NCBI GenBank assembly: GCA_963693365.1
Contig: CAVNZM010000012.1
Coordinates: forward strand, 1,674,001-1,738,000
Source of the DNA: Amoebidium appalachense
Taxonomy: Eukaryota; Protista; Ichthyosporea
Reading direction: 5' to 3'
DNA length: 64,000 nucleotides
Shown here: in pieces, positions 1 to 13,907 of the stretch
How the letters are laid out: the number at the start of each line of letters is the position of its first letter
How positions within the stretch are numbered: position 1 is the first letter of the stretch
Notes under the pieces: generated by a model
Told to the model about the DNA's origin: nothing
Seen by the model: only the letters and a program-made list of their open reading frames with translations
The model's database searches: none
Program-made: the position numbers and the translations under genes

Positions 1-236
1 GTGAAAGTGGTGGGGTGTGCGCGTGCGTGCGCGCACGCGCGAGCGTGCGTGCGTGTGTGCACATGTCTTTTTTGGTGGTGGTGGTGATGTGTGTGTGTGG
101 GGGGGGGGGGGGGAGGGGAGGGGGAAGGAGGGGGGGGAAGGGGGGGGGGAGGGGGGGGGGGGGGAGACAGGCAGCAGGGTATGGAAGGGATGTAAGGCAA
201 ACACGGGTAAGCAGTGAGGTGGGTGGCGAACGGGGA

Positions 237-274
<38 letters not shown>

Positions 275-462
275 AGGGTGGCAACTGCAATACTGATGCA
301 ACATGCACTACACAGGTAACATAGTAACACACAAGATCTATATACCATGCGTCCTTTAAGCCTCTTCTATCACCTACTAAATACTTCTGTCAGGCTCCTC
401 TCTACCTCCTCCCCTCCCCGCCCCTTCTCCCCGCCTCCCCCCCCCCTCCCCCCCCCCTCCTC

Positions 463-495
<33 letters not shown>

Positions 496-3133
496 ACACA
501 CAGTGCCAACACCCAGAACCTAATCACGCACACCGGACACAAGCTATGCAGCGGGCGGAGGGAGAAGAAAAGAGCTAGAGACGAGAAAGGGGGGGGGAGG
601 GGTCAAAGTGGGTGGATGGTTGGGGGGGGGGGGGGGGGGGGGGGGGAGGGGGGAAGGGGGGGAAAGGGGGGGCGGGGGGGGAGGGGGGGGGGGGGAGGAG
701 GGGGGTGTTCGCCAGTTCGTGAAGGGATTTGTGCGAAAGCGGATCAAAAGTTTAGAATGGGTTACCGACCCATGATGGTTCGCCTGGCTGGGCCGTCAAC
801 TACATCTGGCTCCTTTTCTGTGGGTTACGACTCAAGAACACAGAACCTCGGTTTAAAACCGCAGATTATAATCGTTTTGCCTCTTCGCTCCATCAGCGGG
901 TATTTTACAGCATAGTGCTTGCTCTAATAGTATAAGACCGAGTCATTACTAGTGCTAGGAAGTGGGTGTTGGGTGCACAGGATAACTCAACATACACAGT
1001 GTAGGTGTACAAATGTGGTTTGATACTTTGTTGGGCCCAAAGTTGAAAGTCGTCGCTTTGCCAAAGTGTCCGCCCCTGCAGCTGGAGGCTGGGTCGTAGC
1101 CTTGTAGGCACAATCAGCATTCCAAAGTAATCCAAACAGCCATTTAAGGTAACTGATCTTATCAACAAAATAGTGGATTGGCCAACTAAAATTTTCCATG
1201 AGCCGCCACAGATCCGAGTGAGATCCGAGCGTGGCCGGAGCGGAGCCTCAAACTGTCTTTTAACGGCTTGCTGTCGAGTGTCCGACGTCACGGCCTTACA
1301 AGCCTTGTGGCAAAACTGGTGGCAATCATTGTTGAAACATCACGGCTCCCTTCTGTTCTGCCTACTCTGCATTTCTGTTTACTGAACACCTAGCCTGAGA
1401 GCCCATATGATGGGCACGCACCGTGACGTCGACTGATACACAGGACGTATATATAGCCACGGCCTCCCTGGAGTCACACAACTGTACAGAGATGGGCTCA
1501 TGCGTGACAAGGCAATTTTTGAAGATAGATTTTTCGACAACTCTTCAACCATTCAAGCGCCGGAGGGTTGCGACTATTATATAGTGCCGAATTTTAGGTG
1601 GCTAGATATATTGCTGAGGAGTTCAACAAACCCGAGGAGAGTTCTCTAGTAGTGGTTAGGATACATGTTGCACATCTGCATGTAGGCATTTGGCATGGCA
1701 CAAGTAAGATTTAAATTCCAAAGGTGCAGGCTATGGTGGTGCCGTGTTTGTGTTAACAACGTTGGCACTTGTACTTGTACAAGGCGACGGGCTTCTGATT
1801 CAATATTTCTATTGAGAGATGTATTGCTACCGCACGCAAACAGAGTCCACCTCACAGTATGTACACCCGGCCACGATGTCTGTGACACACGTTAACATAC
1901 AGCCATGGCATCACCGACTTCCTTCTTGACATGGGTGACAAAAAAACGGGTGCCCTTAGATTATTTGCCAAGCTTTGCTCTTGCGCACGCCCCCCCCCCC
2001 CCCCCCCCCCCCTGCCTCCGCACACACGCACCCTCCCCCCCCCCCCCCCCTCCGCCGGCCCTCCCTCAAGCTTCCCTCCTCCCCCCCTCCTCCCCTCCAG
2101 CCCCCCCCTCCCCCCCTCCATCAGGGCCTGGCCTGAGGCTCCAATCATCCAGTGGATACCAAGACTGTCTTTTATACATATTGCTGCGGCCATAGTGTCA
2201 AGTTGGGCTATGTATGCTTATGGATAGGCAAGTCAACGGGTTTGTGATCTATTTCTTGTGATTACCTCGAAGAATCTGAGAGTCATTGATGTGAATGAAT
2301 ATCCACTCGCTATAACCATAGTATGCCAAGTGTCTACATCGGACCACCATGCAAACCAAAAAAACTCAAAACCGCATACTGGCTTGGGAGGGGTGCACTT
2401 CCCCTATGGCTTTTTGGGATCAGCCTATTATAGTGGAGTATGAACCGTTAAAGCACCTCGGGTTCCCTACACCTTGAGAGTAATAAGCTTCAGCAAGCCT
2501 TCGGGATGAGAATTGTGTGCGCAGCTTTAGTGCTCATGCCGAAAGTGCTAGGCAGTACACTCGAGAACTCTGACCACCCCACACGAATGCACACACTCTT
2601 TCTATCACGGATCATAAATTATGAGCGGAACAGGGCAGGCGTCATCGCCAGATCTAACGTTGTATGCACATACACAGCAAAAAAGCTTGGTAGCACCTCA
2701 AGTTTCTAGTAATTCTCGCGCGTCATTTATTTTCCCAATGTTAAAAAGACTTGTTCAATCAATAGCGGGTGCAATATGAGCAGACCATTACAAAAAGAAC
2801 AATATCAATCAATACTGGACGAAAGGAAACAAAAACACATCCACACACAAAAAAAAACAGGGCTACTGTTGACTTAACTCAGGTTAAAATCATCAAGCAA
2901 ATGCACTCGTATTGCTCCTTACTTGCACCTTTGCTGCATTCAATCATTAGGCTACGAAATAAATTCAACCCATCTTCTCCAACACACCATACGGGCATAT
3001 TCATTTACAGTTGGCAAGACCTGCTTGCTGCTCGACCAGTAGCCAGCACAAAAGCCTCGTTTAGTCGGTAAATATGTTCATCCTTTAGGGCATTCAGAAC
3101 ACTATACACATGCTGGACAAACACACTCACTCT

Positions 3134-4096
3134 TTAACACGTCATCGTGCTCTGTCTTGGAAACACAACAGTATAAGGTTTCTGCATTGCGTAATATGCT
3201 GTAGACAATATTCCCGAAGCTATTTTTCCGGCACGGTTCGTAACATTGCCCCCGACATCACAGAATATTTCAGACAACACCTGTAAGAAGAAAAACATCT
3301 GCACCACGTACGGCCTCATCGCCATCACTCCGTCCACTGCTGCTCTCATTCTCGCTACGGTGTGCTCGATGGCGCTTACACCTACGAGGCCCCACGAAAG
3401 CCGCTCCGCCGTTGCCTCTGCCACCGTAACTGCAACGGCCTCAGAGCAATGCTTTCCGTCATCTTGCTCCATTAAAACGAAAAACAAAACACCGTTACAC
3501 ACCCGACCCCATATGTCCACTTCAATAGTCTCCTCTTCGTGTTCTTGGTCTGCAGACGCCCCAGTGTTGGAGTTCTCTGGCGAGGGCCGAAGCATTTTTA
3601 CCGAGAAGCTGGCGACACCGCATTTGGTAATTTCGACGACTTTACGGCAAAACTGGGCAAGGTCATCGTCCGACACAAAACGCATTATAGACTCTCCAAT
3701 CAGCGAATTAGGGTCCCGATTCAACAAACCTGATGAATGGCGCGCCACGAACTCTATTTTACCCACAAGTGATACTTGCAGAATGGTTGTATTCGAACAG
3801 AACGGGCTTTTGGTGCCAAACGTGCTGATATCTGTTGTGTCCTGAAAGAACAACGATGTTCCCGTTGGTGTGGGCACGATCGCAAAGAGCCCAACGGATT
3901 TTGTTGTGCCCTGAAGAGCCTTCAGGTCATATAGTTGTCCCTCTGCCAGCGTTTGGCTTTCGTAAGCTGCAGAGAGTAATGTGGATAATTCAGAAACATG
4001 TTTGCCCGGCAAGGAACTAATGTCCGTCCCGAGGATGCAATGTTGGTCAAACACTTTCAGCATAGCCCCGTCTGGGGTCAAAGACAACACCAACAT
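3134..4096 (-). CDS. PAS-domain-containing protein (start and possible extra exons uncertain)
   Basis: 320-aa non-repetitive ORF. Segment LQVSLVGKIEFVARHSSGLLNRDPNSLIGESIMRFVSDDDLAQF fits the PAS-fold pattern; the N-terminal LSLTPDG...LPGKHVSEL may be a second degenerate PAS. Confidence 0.6.
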   Translation of the reverse strand: MLVLSLTPDGAMLKVFDQHCILGTDISSLPGKHVSELSTLLSAAYESQTLAEGQLYDLKALQGTTKSVGLFAIVPTPTGTSLFFQDTTDISTFGTKSPFCSNTTILQVSLVGKIEFVARHSSGLLNRDPNSLIGESIMRFVSDDDLAQFCRKVVEITKCGVASFSVKMLRPSPENSNTGASADQEHEEETIEVDIWGRVCNGVLFFVLMEQDDGKHCSEAVAVTVAEATAERLSWGLVGVSAIEHTVARMRAAVDGVMAMRPYVVQMFFFLQVLSEIFCDVGGNVTNRAGKIASGILSTAYYAMQKPYTVVFPRQSTMTC

Positions 4097-5328
4097 CCTT
4101 GTACGCGCGACAAGTGTGCTTAACCTAAGAGAAGCCTGGGTAAAAGAGGAAGACGTAATAGTTCAAGGGGCTATATCTAAGGATGCAAGCCTACAGAATG
4201 ACCTCTTCTATTCGCTTTATGTTGCACCCGGTTTCAACCCAACATGTTTCTGACACAGACAAACCTGTGCCCACCTGCCGACTGGCGCACGCCGTCTGTT
4301 GCTTTTCATTCAGTTCCAAAATCTTGCGACATCGCGGCTGTAGTGATTTGTATCCAATGAATGCGACTTCTGAATTAGGTGATTGACTCTCCGCGAATCA
4401 AAATGCAAACGGCATGTTTTGCCAGTGCTTGATTCTTTCTGTAGAAACATGTGGAATGAACGTTACAGACTGAGACTCCAGGTGGGTGTACTGATCTCTC
4501 CGTGAGGTTTTGCATGAGCTTTGCGGGATATTTGAAAGTAGGTTGTTTCTTAAATTAAAAAGTTCATAATACCTATAACAATCAAAATTAATAAATCCAG
4601 TTAAAAAATGTTTTCCGGACTATATTCAAAGCAAATTTGATACATGCAACGATTCCTCAGAGGCCAAGCAAAAATATCAAGAAAAGTTCATGTAAGTGAA
4701 TGTTAAGCCTAAGCTAGTTTGGGGAGATAGTGACTCCTGAACATTTCCTATTGGTCAGGAGATTTATTAAGCCTTGGCGGCTGCAGCGCCGTCATGATTT
4801 TTGAATGTAAATTCGAAAGCTTGTTAACATCATAGAAAGTCATTTATGGACTCCAAGGGGGCGATTATTCGTTGTGATTCAGTTCTCGAAACGTTAAAAA
4901 AGCAGCATACCATGATAATGGCGATGATCTATGGAATGATCCCTTGCACTTATAAAAAATTTAGCCTCGGTACCAGTGCTTGCTGGCGAGTACATGTGCG
5001 TCACTCATGAGCTCACGTCCGGTGCGGCGGACTCTTCCGGCGCCGGACTCTTCCGGCGGTGCTGGCGGTGCCACGTTTTGTAAGTTTGCTAGGGCCACAG
5101 ACATACTGCATAGGTAGGCAGTGCTAGTATGAAGTATATGTGAATTACGTGTGACACTAAAGGTAGCTCTATGTGGTCCTTTCCGCATTCTATATAAGCA
5201 AAGAAAGGCATATGCTTGTGTGCGATCACGCATAAGCCTTGGCAATATCATCGGCAGCGACAACGTGAAATTTGGGGCAAGAGTCTTCCGCTTTAGACTA
5301 AAACACCAAACGGAAGCTAGGCCTAGGT

Positions 5329-5357
5329 CACGGCCATCTAGAAACAAGATGGCCGTG
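5329..5357. mobile_element. 29-bp mini inverted-repeat element with 8-bp TSD
   Basis: cacggccatctagaaacaagatggccgtg has 11-bp terminal inverted repeats and is flanked by gcctaggt at 5321-5328 and 5358-5365. Same termini as 62957-62996. Confidence 0.8.
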
Positions 5358-5566
5358 GCCTAGGTGCACAGCTGGCTGCATTCCAAAGAGCTGTGTGATA
5401 CATGGGCAAACAATGCCTCTATGGCTATATTTTCTTTGTAAGCCCCACACAGTGTTTGTCTGTCATGCATATGATTCGAGGGCACTGACTGCAAAGCAGA
5501 TCAGTACTTGTCAAGGCTCCTATGGAGGCCTTGGTACCTGTACATATTGTTGTCATCAACCCCCCT

Positions 5567-5605
<39 letters not shown>

Positions 5606-5805
5606 AAAAAAAAAAAAAAAAAAACACCGACATCACCGTTCCCACCGGTGGTACCTGCCCCGCCCCTGGCCCCTCCTTCCGCCCCATGTATCCTCCTCGG
5701 GCCAAAACAAAGCCGCGGGCAAGACCATAATTGTATGTGCGCTTGGATTCGGCCATTGACCTGACCAGAATGTAATGATTCCCGCTTAGTCCGTCCCGAG
5801 GAATG

Positions 5806-5960
5806 AATTTGTCCACTGCGCAGATAGATGCCAACTCTGCTCGACTAGTCCTCATGAAGCCCAAACCTTTTCCTGCTAAGCCCTTCCCGAGTTTTAAATT
5901 TGTCCACTGCGCAGATATATGCCAACTCTGCTCGACGAGTCCTCAAGAAGCCCAAACCTT
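5806..5960. repeat. Tandem duplication, ~91-bp period
   Basis: aatttgtccactgcgcagata.atgccaactctgctcgac.agtcctca...gaagcccaaacctt starts at 5806 and at 5897. Confidence 0.85.
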
Positions 5961-7001
5961 ATCCTTTACATGCCCATTATCACCTGCTGGACGCTTATAG
6001 CTAGTCAACATACGTCGAAGAATCTCTGTCTCCATCTCCCTCGAAATTCACAGAGAAATCCCTGAGCGCTCACTCAGCCTTCCCCCGTTCCCCAAACACC
6101 TCCATCTATCTCTCTTACTCCCCCCCCCCATCCCTCCGTCCCCCTCCCCCCTTCACACTCTCGTTTCCCTGGCCCTCTATGTCCCTGTCCCCTCTCCTGT
6201 CCTGTTGCTCTCTCTACTCTCAACCAGAGGCAACAACACACACATCATGGATCCCCGGGTCTCTCTCCTTTGCACTCTGTCTCCCCTGTGTTTCTCTCAA
6301 TCTCTTACTCTCTCTCACTCTCAACGCCCTTATCTCCATTCTGCCAACCCAGCCTGCCCTTCCCCCCTTCCCCCCACCGCCCCTCCCTCCCGCCCCCCTC
6401 CCCTTAGAACTTCCCACACCCACTCCTCTCACCCCCTCGCAGCCCCGCCCTCCCAGTCCTCCCGATTCCGGTTGCTCCCTCTAGATCTCTTGGTCTCGTT
6501 TTTTCCCCTCTCCCCCTTCCACTCTCTTTCCAAACCTCCCATTCTCTTTCTACCTCTTGCTATGCGTCTTTTGATCTCTCACCCGTTCCATTCTCTCCTT
6601 CTTCTAGATTGTTTCCTCCCGATTATTTCTACTACAATGCAGGAGCCAACTCTGCACCGTTGCATGACTACTTGCACACCATATGCAGTGCCGACCTTTC
6701 AAAATATATTATCTGCTCGGTCCACCGGCCAATCCCAAGTTTCCCTTTTTCTTTTTTGTTTGCCTTCCTCCCAAGCTCTCTTCTTTCCCCACCACTGTTA
6801 GTTGGATTCTTCTTCGTTTGAATCACTCTCTTTTGCTCACACCCACCGTAACCTACCGGCTGTAAGTTTTTGAACTCCCTATTCAACGCCACAAATATCC
6901 AGTCGTGTATCCTTAAATTTTTTTTCGAAACTCATTTCTCTCTTCTCGCCCCTCACACAAGTCACATCCCACTCACATAGATAACAAAATAAACCGTCGT
7001 G

Positions 7002-7094
7002 CTCAGATCCTAACAGGTTTTTCGTCCCTCTGTCCCTCCGGTTAACTCGTACTCAGATCCTAACAGGTTTTTCGTCCCTCTGTCCCTCCGGTTA
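7002..7094. repeat. Tandem duplication, 50-bp period, upstream of RPA1
   Basis: ctcagatcctaacaggtttttcgtccctctgtccctccggtta at 7002 and 7052. Confidence 0.9.
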
Positions 7095-7581
7095 GTGCGG
7101 GCTCCGCAAGGCTCATTCACTACGCAGCCGAAGGCACGCTTTCGAACTCTAGAACTGTTGATTCTCACAGCTTTCACGGCTGTCCAGACTGACTCCTACA
7201 ACTTCCACTCAACCTCGAATTCAGCCGCGAAGCTAAGCTTGTCGATCGATATTAATTAGCCTACACACATTGACTGCATGTGCACATTTCTATGAGTGCT
7301 TCAAGTACATCTGTGTTTGAAAATCAAAACAGTGACGTCAGACATAAACAGACTTGAACAGGATGCACGTGGATCGATCACCACCGGTACCATTCTTACG
7401 AAACCCAGCAAGCGCAGTCATTGCCGCATTTTCCGTGTCTCATGTGCACGTGTGTGCTGTGTGCACACGTAGCCACTCGGAAAGAGGGAGAGAGAGCACA
7501 CACCACACTAAACCATAGATTATAGCACACACGACACACACACAGCGCTAGTATGGTTACGGGAGTACATAGTTGCTGAAT

Positions 7582-8929
7582 ATGGCCACCGAGCCCATCG
7601 TGCGGCAGACCAGCCGCATTAACTTCGGCATATACACGGCCGATGAAATTAGGAAACTTAGCGTGAAACGCATTACCAACCCAGTTCTGCTTGATGACAC
7701 AAACCTCCCAACCAAGGGAGGGTTGTATGATCCCGCGCTCGGGGCCACAAGCCCACACGAGAAATGTGTAACATGCAGCCTCTCGTACTTCCACTGCCCG
7801 GGTCACCCTGGGCACATAGAGCTCGTCCTGCCAGTGTATAATCCTATCCTGTTCGACTCCCTTTTCCAGGTGCTTAGGACGAAATGTTTCTACTGCGATC
7901 GTCTGAAATTAAGCCGTTTGTCCGTCGAGGTTTTCCTTGCTAGGATCAAGCTGTTGGAGTATGGTTTGCTGGAGGAAGCAATGGATTTGGACCCAGCGAC
8001 GTTGTTTGCAGAGGACGGTGAGGCAGAGGAGGTGATGCAGGTGGACGGGGAAACGGACGGAGGAAAGAAGGCGAGCAAAACGAAGAGTATAACGAAACAG
8101 CTGGAGGAGTCACACATTGGGATGGTGAATGAGTATGTGAAACGGGCGCTGAGGAATGCAGGGAAGAAAGGGCCGGTCACTCAGGATGAGCTGGACCAGC
8201 GCACGACCAACACGAACAATTATCACACACAGGTGAAACATGCTCCCTTTTGCCACTCCCCTTCTCCTGTTCTTCGTGTTCCCACAGAACTCTTATCTTA
8301 ATCGTTATAGGTTCTGGGATGTGGCACTGGGGTATAATGGAGTTGTGGACTGGATAGGAATGTGTGTGGTTGTGTTGTTAAAATTTGTATGTGCTGTTCA
8401 TGACCGAAGGAGAATAGTTGTTTAAGCTAATATGACAGTCCTACGGTGGTTTGAGTTTTTCCCCCCCCACTTTGTAGTGAATTATTGTGCTGGACTCGTG
8501 AAGTGACGACGAATTAAGGAGGCATGGGAGATTCACGTGAATGGGAGAGAGGTTATGGGAGAAGTGATGTGGCACTTGAAACTGTGGTTGAAAGGAGCAG
8601 TGTGGTACGGGAAGGAAAGCGATAAAGCGAAAACAACAGAGTTGAATGTGGAAGCGTAGTTTGAGCGAGGGATCAAAATAAACACTGAAGCATTGGGATG
8701 AAAGGGTAGAGGGAGAGTGAGGAGGTGGGGGGGGGGGGGGGGGGAGGAAGGGGGGGAGGGGCAGCAAGGGAGACAGGGGAGTGGAGGGGGTGTGAGAGAA
8801 GTTGTATAGAGAGAGAGGGTGTGTGTGTGTGTGTGTGTGTGTTTTGGGTGGGGGGCAGGGGGGAAGGGATGGGGGCGGAACAAGAGAGAGAGAGAGATGG
8901 TGTGTGTGTGTGTGTCTGTGCGTGCGTGC

Positions 8930-8967
<38 letters not shown>

Positions 8968-9731
8968 GTGCGTGTGTGTGTGTGTGTGTGTGTGGTGTCT
9001 GTGTGTGTGTGAACAGAAAGGCTAGGGACACCGTTTGGTGTAGGGATGACTCACGGCTTGAAAGCATTAGTTTCTTTCTCCCGTATTGCTTAGGAGGAAT
9101 CAATGGATTTTTGGAACAATTAGTAAATGATGGGATCTGAATTGGTTGGATTTGGGGGCACCTTGAGTGTGTATGTCCTATGTGTTGTTGTGTCTCTGTC
9201 CATTATGGCATTATCTGAATTGTGTTTTGGCACGGAGACAGAAAGAACATTAGTGTCTTTGTTTTGCCACAGCCTTCTGTTATTGGTTTAAGCTGGTGTG
9301 TTGTGTATGGTGTAATGGTTGTAGCTAGATTGCAACTTTGAGTTTTTGGAGCTGTGTTGGGATGATTTCGTTCCTCGGGAGTACGTGAAGGGGGAAGGAG
9401 GTAGCAATAGGGATGGAAAAGGGGTGTGTGTGTGGGGGGGGGGGGGGGGGGGGGGAGGGGGGGGGGGGGGCGGGGAGGGTGGGAGGGTGGGAGCAAGCAG
9501 GGCAAGAATGTCACTGACACAACAACCCCCATCCCACCCTACTACCCCCGTACAAGCACACACCGTTTTTGCTTGCACACACCAGCAAACAACCACGTGT
9601 GTACATGATACGCACAATTGCACGATCCACGAATGCAAACACAACACATATGTGTTGCCATCCAAGCTCCCTTCCCCCCCCACCCAAACAAACAAAGACA
9701 CGGTGCAATATACACACACACACGTACATGC

Positions 9732-9796
<65 letters not shown>

Positions 9797-11094
9797 GAAT
9801 AGCTGATTAAGGAGTTCCTTGCGCTAGGAGCACGATGCAACCGGTGCCTGAACTGCGAGGCGCCGAGCCGTTCGTTCAAGAAAAACGGCGTGGGGAAGAT
9901 TTTCCTCATGTCGCTGCCGAACAAACAAGCAGATAAGTTGCGTGGAATGGGTATCAATCCGGAGGGTAACGACCCATTTGATATGCCCGAGGGAATTGTG
10001 GAAGTGGATGGGGAGGAAGAAGAGGGTGGAAGGAAAAAGAAGAAGGGGGAAGGAAAGAAGAAAGACGGAAAGAAGGGGAAGAAGGACGGGCAGGACACGT
10101 TTATCGACGACCAAGCGGAAGAGACGGATGGAGAAGGGGAGACGGAGGACGATGGGGAGAACGGGGAAGAGGGAGGAGAGGGGGAGGAGGAGGAGGACGA
10201 ATTCGCCAAGCAGGGAGAGAGGATTCAGGCGAGGGGGGAGGCGGAGAGGAAAGCGCAGGTGGCGGTGTCGGCGCGGTATCTCACCCCCCAGGTTGTGCGC
10301 GAGTACATTCGCAAGCTGTTTGCGATGGACTACAGGGCTCTCGCAATGATTTTCGGTCGGAGCAAGCGTGGGAAGGACGGGACGATTGAGCGTGTTGCGT
10401 CTTACGACATGTTTTTCCTGGACGTTTTGCCGGTTCCTCCGTCGCGTTTCCGCCCAGCGAATAAGGTCGGAGATATGTTGATGGAGTCGCCGCAGAATGT
10501 TTACCTTGGAAATGTGCTCAAGCAAAACGTTTTGCTTTTGGATATGATCCAGCAAATGAACGCGGCCGCTGACACGTCGATGAATGGAATCGGAGAGGAG
10601 AAAGGAGAGAAGGGAAAGAAGGAGAAGGGGAAGGGGAAGGAGAAAACGAAGGACACGGCACAGGGGGCTGTGCGGAAGGTGGATATGGTGAAGGTGCAGG
10701 CGGCGTGGAGCCAGATGCAGGTGTGTGTGTGGGTGGGTGGGTGGGGGGGGGGGGGGGGGGGGGGGGGGGGGTGGATGCGTGTGTGTGCGGGTGTGTGTGT
10801 GGGGGGATCGGTGTGTGTATGTGTGGGTGTGTGGGTGTGGCCGTGGTTGTGTGTGTCTTGTAATTTGTGGATTTGCACCGTATGGTTTGCATGGGTGGGC
10901 ATTGAGTGGTGTGTGGGTGTGTGCATGTGCTTGTGCGTGCCTGTTGTATGAAAAGTTGTCATTCTGTAATCGATTTATTGGTTGTTGTTGAAGGGATTGC
11001 TGCAATTCCAGACACGTGTGCTATACTTTGCACTGGTGCAAGTCTTTAAATGTGTTTGCGTGGTCTTCATTTTTGTGCGGCTGTGTGTGTGTGT

Positions 11095-11128
<34 letters not shown>

Positions 11129-11755
11129 GTCATTGCTGCGCTTTTTGAGGAATATTTGTCTGGGTTCGGGCCCGTCGAGGCACCCAAGACATGCACGTAT
11201 ATCTTGTATGGCATTGAAAACTTACACTTAGCCTCTCTTTACTCTACGCTTACTTGGCACATGCACATTCATCCACACCCGCATGTGTTATCACAAGCGG
11301 ACATGTATAAAACCACACCCCCACACCTACGTTCACATTCGCGTGAAAATCTTCCTTCAAACTCTTCCCTCGCGGTGCCTTCATCTCGCTTGCACTTTCA
11401 TCCGCTTTTGTGTGCGCACACAAACCTACACACACATGCACCACACCTCCATGCACACATCTCCACACACACATTTACTCTTACACACACACACACATGC
11501 ACGCACACACACACACATGCACATACAAACGAAACATCATTTCCCGCTTTTCCCGCCGCCCTGCACGCACGCGCGCACACACACTCATACACACACACAT
11601 GCACACCCTCCCCTCCGATGAATGGGTGAAACTCGGGTACTTTGGATGACCCGAGGATGGACTCTGTTTATTATGCATACTACTTTTTGTGGTTTGCACC
11701 CTTTATTATGTTGTCCGTTATGAATGATAACACCGTTTGTCTATAACACTTTTTT

Positions 11756-11812
<57 letters not shown>

Positions 11813-11947
11813 ACACACACACATGGCCCCCCCCCCTGAGGATGGGCTCTGCTTATTATGCATAGTCTTTATGTATGGCTTGCATTCTGCATCGTGTTAT
11901 CCGTTTTTTCTTGTGTACTTCGTACTTTTTGACGCATTCAACCCCCC

Positions 11948-11978
<31 letters not shown>

Positions 11979-12401
11979 AGACAAGCGTCAACGGTCTTAT
12001 GGACAGCGCGACACTTGGCGCCGCAGCCAAGCGAATGCCAGCAGGAATCAAGCAGATGCTCGAAAAGAAACAGGGTCTCTTCCGCATGCACATGATGGGC
12101 AAACGTGTCAACTATGCGTGCCGCTCCGTCATCTCTCCTGACCCTTACATCGGCACGCATGAGATGGGAATCCCCATGGTGTTTGCTACAAAGCTGACGT
12201 TCCCTGAGCCTGTGACCCCGTACAACCTGCACGTGTGTGCCCTAGAGTGCCATCGATACATGTGGTGGTTTGCATGGTCGTGGGCTCGGGAAGTTGGGAG
12301 ATGTATTGTGTTTTCTTCAATTGATAAAGAAAAGGGGGGGATGGATCATGCTTCTAAATGGTGGTAGCTAGATGCACGGGGAAGAAAGAGGGCTGGAGGA
12401 A

Positions 12402-12438
<37 letters not shown>

Positions 12439-12632
12439 AAGACGATTGCCTGATAAGATTGGATGGATAAGACTTTCCAGGGAACAGAGGGGAAGGGCGA
12501 GGTTATAAGACGATCCGGGGAGGGGGGGATGGAGAGAGGGGTTCAGAACGAGCGGTTTTTTTATTATGTGACGGGTATTATAATGTTTTAAGTGTTGACT
12601 AAGTGTTCCCAAGCTGGTATGCGTCATCCCCA

Positions 12633-12684
<52 letters not shown>

Positions 12685-13687
12685 ACACACAGTTTTTTCG
12701 GTTCCCCGTCCCTCTCCGCCTGTAAACAAAATGAAGAAGAATAGTGAACAAGCAGCACATGAAAAAGGAAAGGCTTGTTGTTTTCTTTGGGGTAGTAAGC
12801 AATACCGAAGCAAAAACACCTGCTAGTATTGTGTTGACCGCACAATTTTCCTTCACCTCAATTTTCTTAGGCGGTGGATACCAAGCTAATGCCACCCCCC
12901 CCCCCCCCCCCCCCCCCTCCCCTCCCTCCTTCTCTCCCTCCCTCCCTCCTCCCCCCCCCCCCCCCCCCCCCCTCCTCTCTCCCTCCCCTTCCTAAATTAT
13001 CACCCACCACAGGAAATGCGTGAAGCAGTAGCCAACGGTCCCAACGTGCACCCCGGAGCCACCCTAGTCGAGCACGAAGACGGTCGTGTGACGTCACTTG
13101 CAGCGCTGACCGTCGAGCAGAGACAGGCCCTGGCCAGCCAGCTGCTAACACCACCGGAGGGGGGTAGGACCAGACACATGCTGGGCAAGAAGGTGCACAG
13201 GCACATTAGGACCGGGGATGTGGTGCTGGCAAACAGGCAGCCTACACTGCATAAGCCGTCGATCATGGCGCACAAGTACGTGTGTGTACGAGTATCATAC
13301 GTGTGTGTGTGTGTGTGTGTGGTGGGGGGGTGGAGTGGGGAGTTGGGGGGGGGGGGGGGTAGGCGGAGGGGTAGTTGGGGGGGTGTGGGGGGGGGGGGGG
13401 GGGTGGGAACGAGGGGTGGTTTGTGTGTGTGGGGGGGGGGGAGGGAGGGGGGGGGGGGGGGGAAGGGGGAAGGGGGGTAGGTAGGAGAATAAACTGGTTT
13501 GGTGTGTGGTCGTGTGCGTGTGAGTGTGTGTATGCTTGTGTGTGTGTTTGTGTTGGTGGGCACGTCCATGTCCGTCTACGTGCATGTGTGTGTGTTGTGC
13601 TTTTCTGGTGGAGGGTTGATGTGTTGGGTTGACGGGTACATGTTTGTAATGGTGATGGTGAGGGAGGGAGGAGATATAGATGCGCGC

Positions 13688-13766
<79 letters not shown>

Positions 13767-13872
13767 CGCGCGGGCGTGCGCGTGTGTCGGTATATTGGTG
13801 TTTCGGATAAAGAAGGGGCCATATCATAGACCGACATAATTTTCGTTGTGGAGCTGTGGTGAAGGTTGGGTT

Positions 13873-13907
<35 letters not shown>

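Noticed and set aside
700-2750. Possible exons near the window start
   Set aside because: No convincing spliceable frame or protein motif found by eye.
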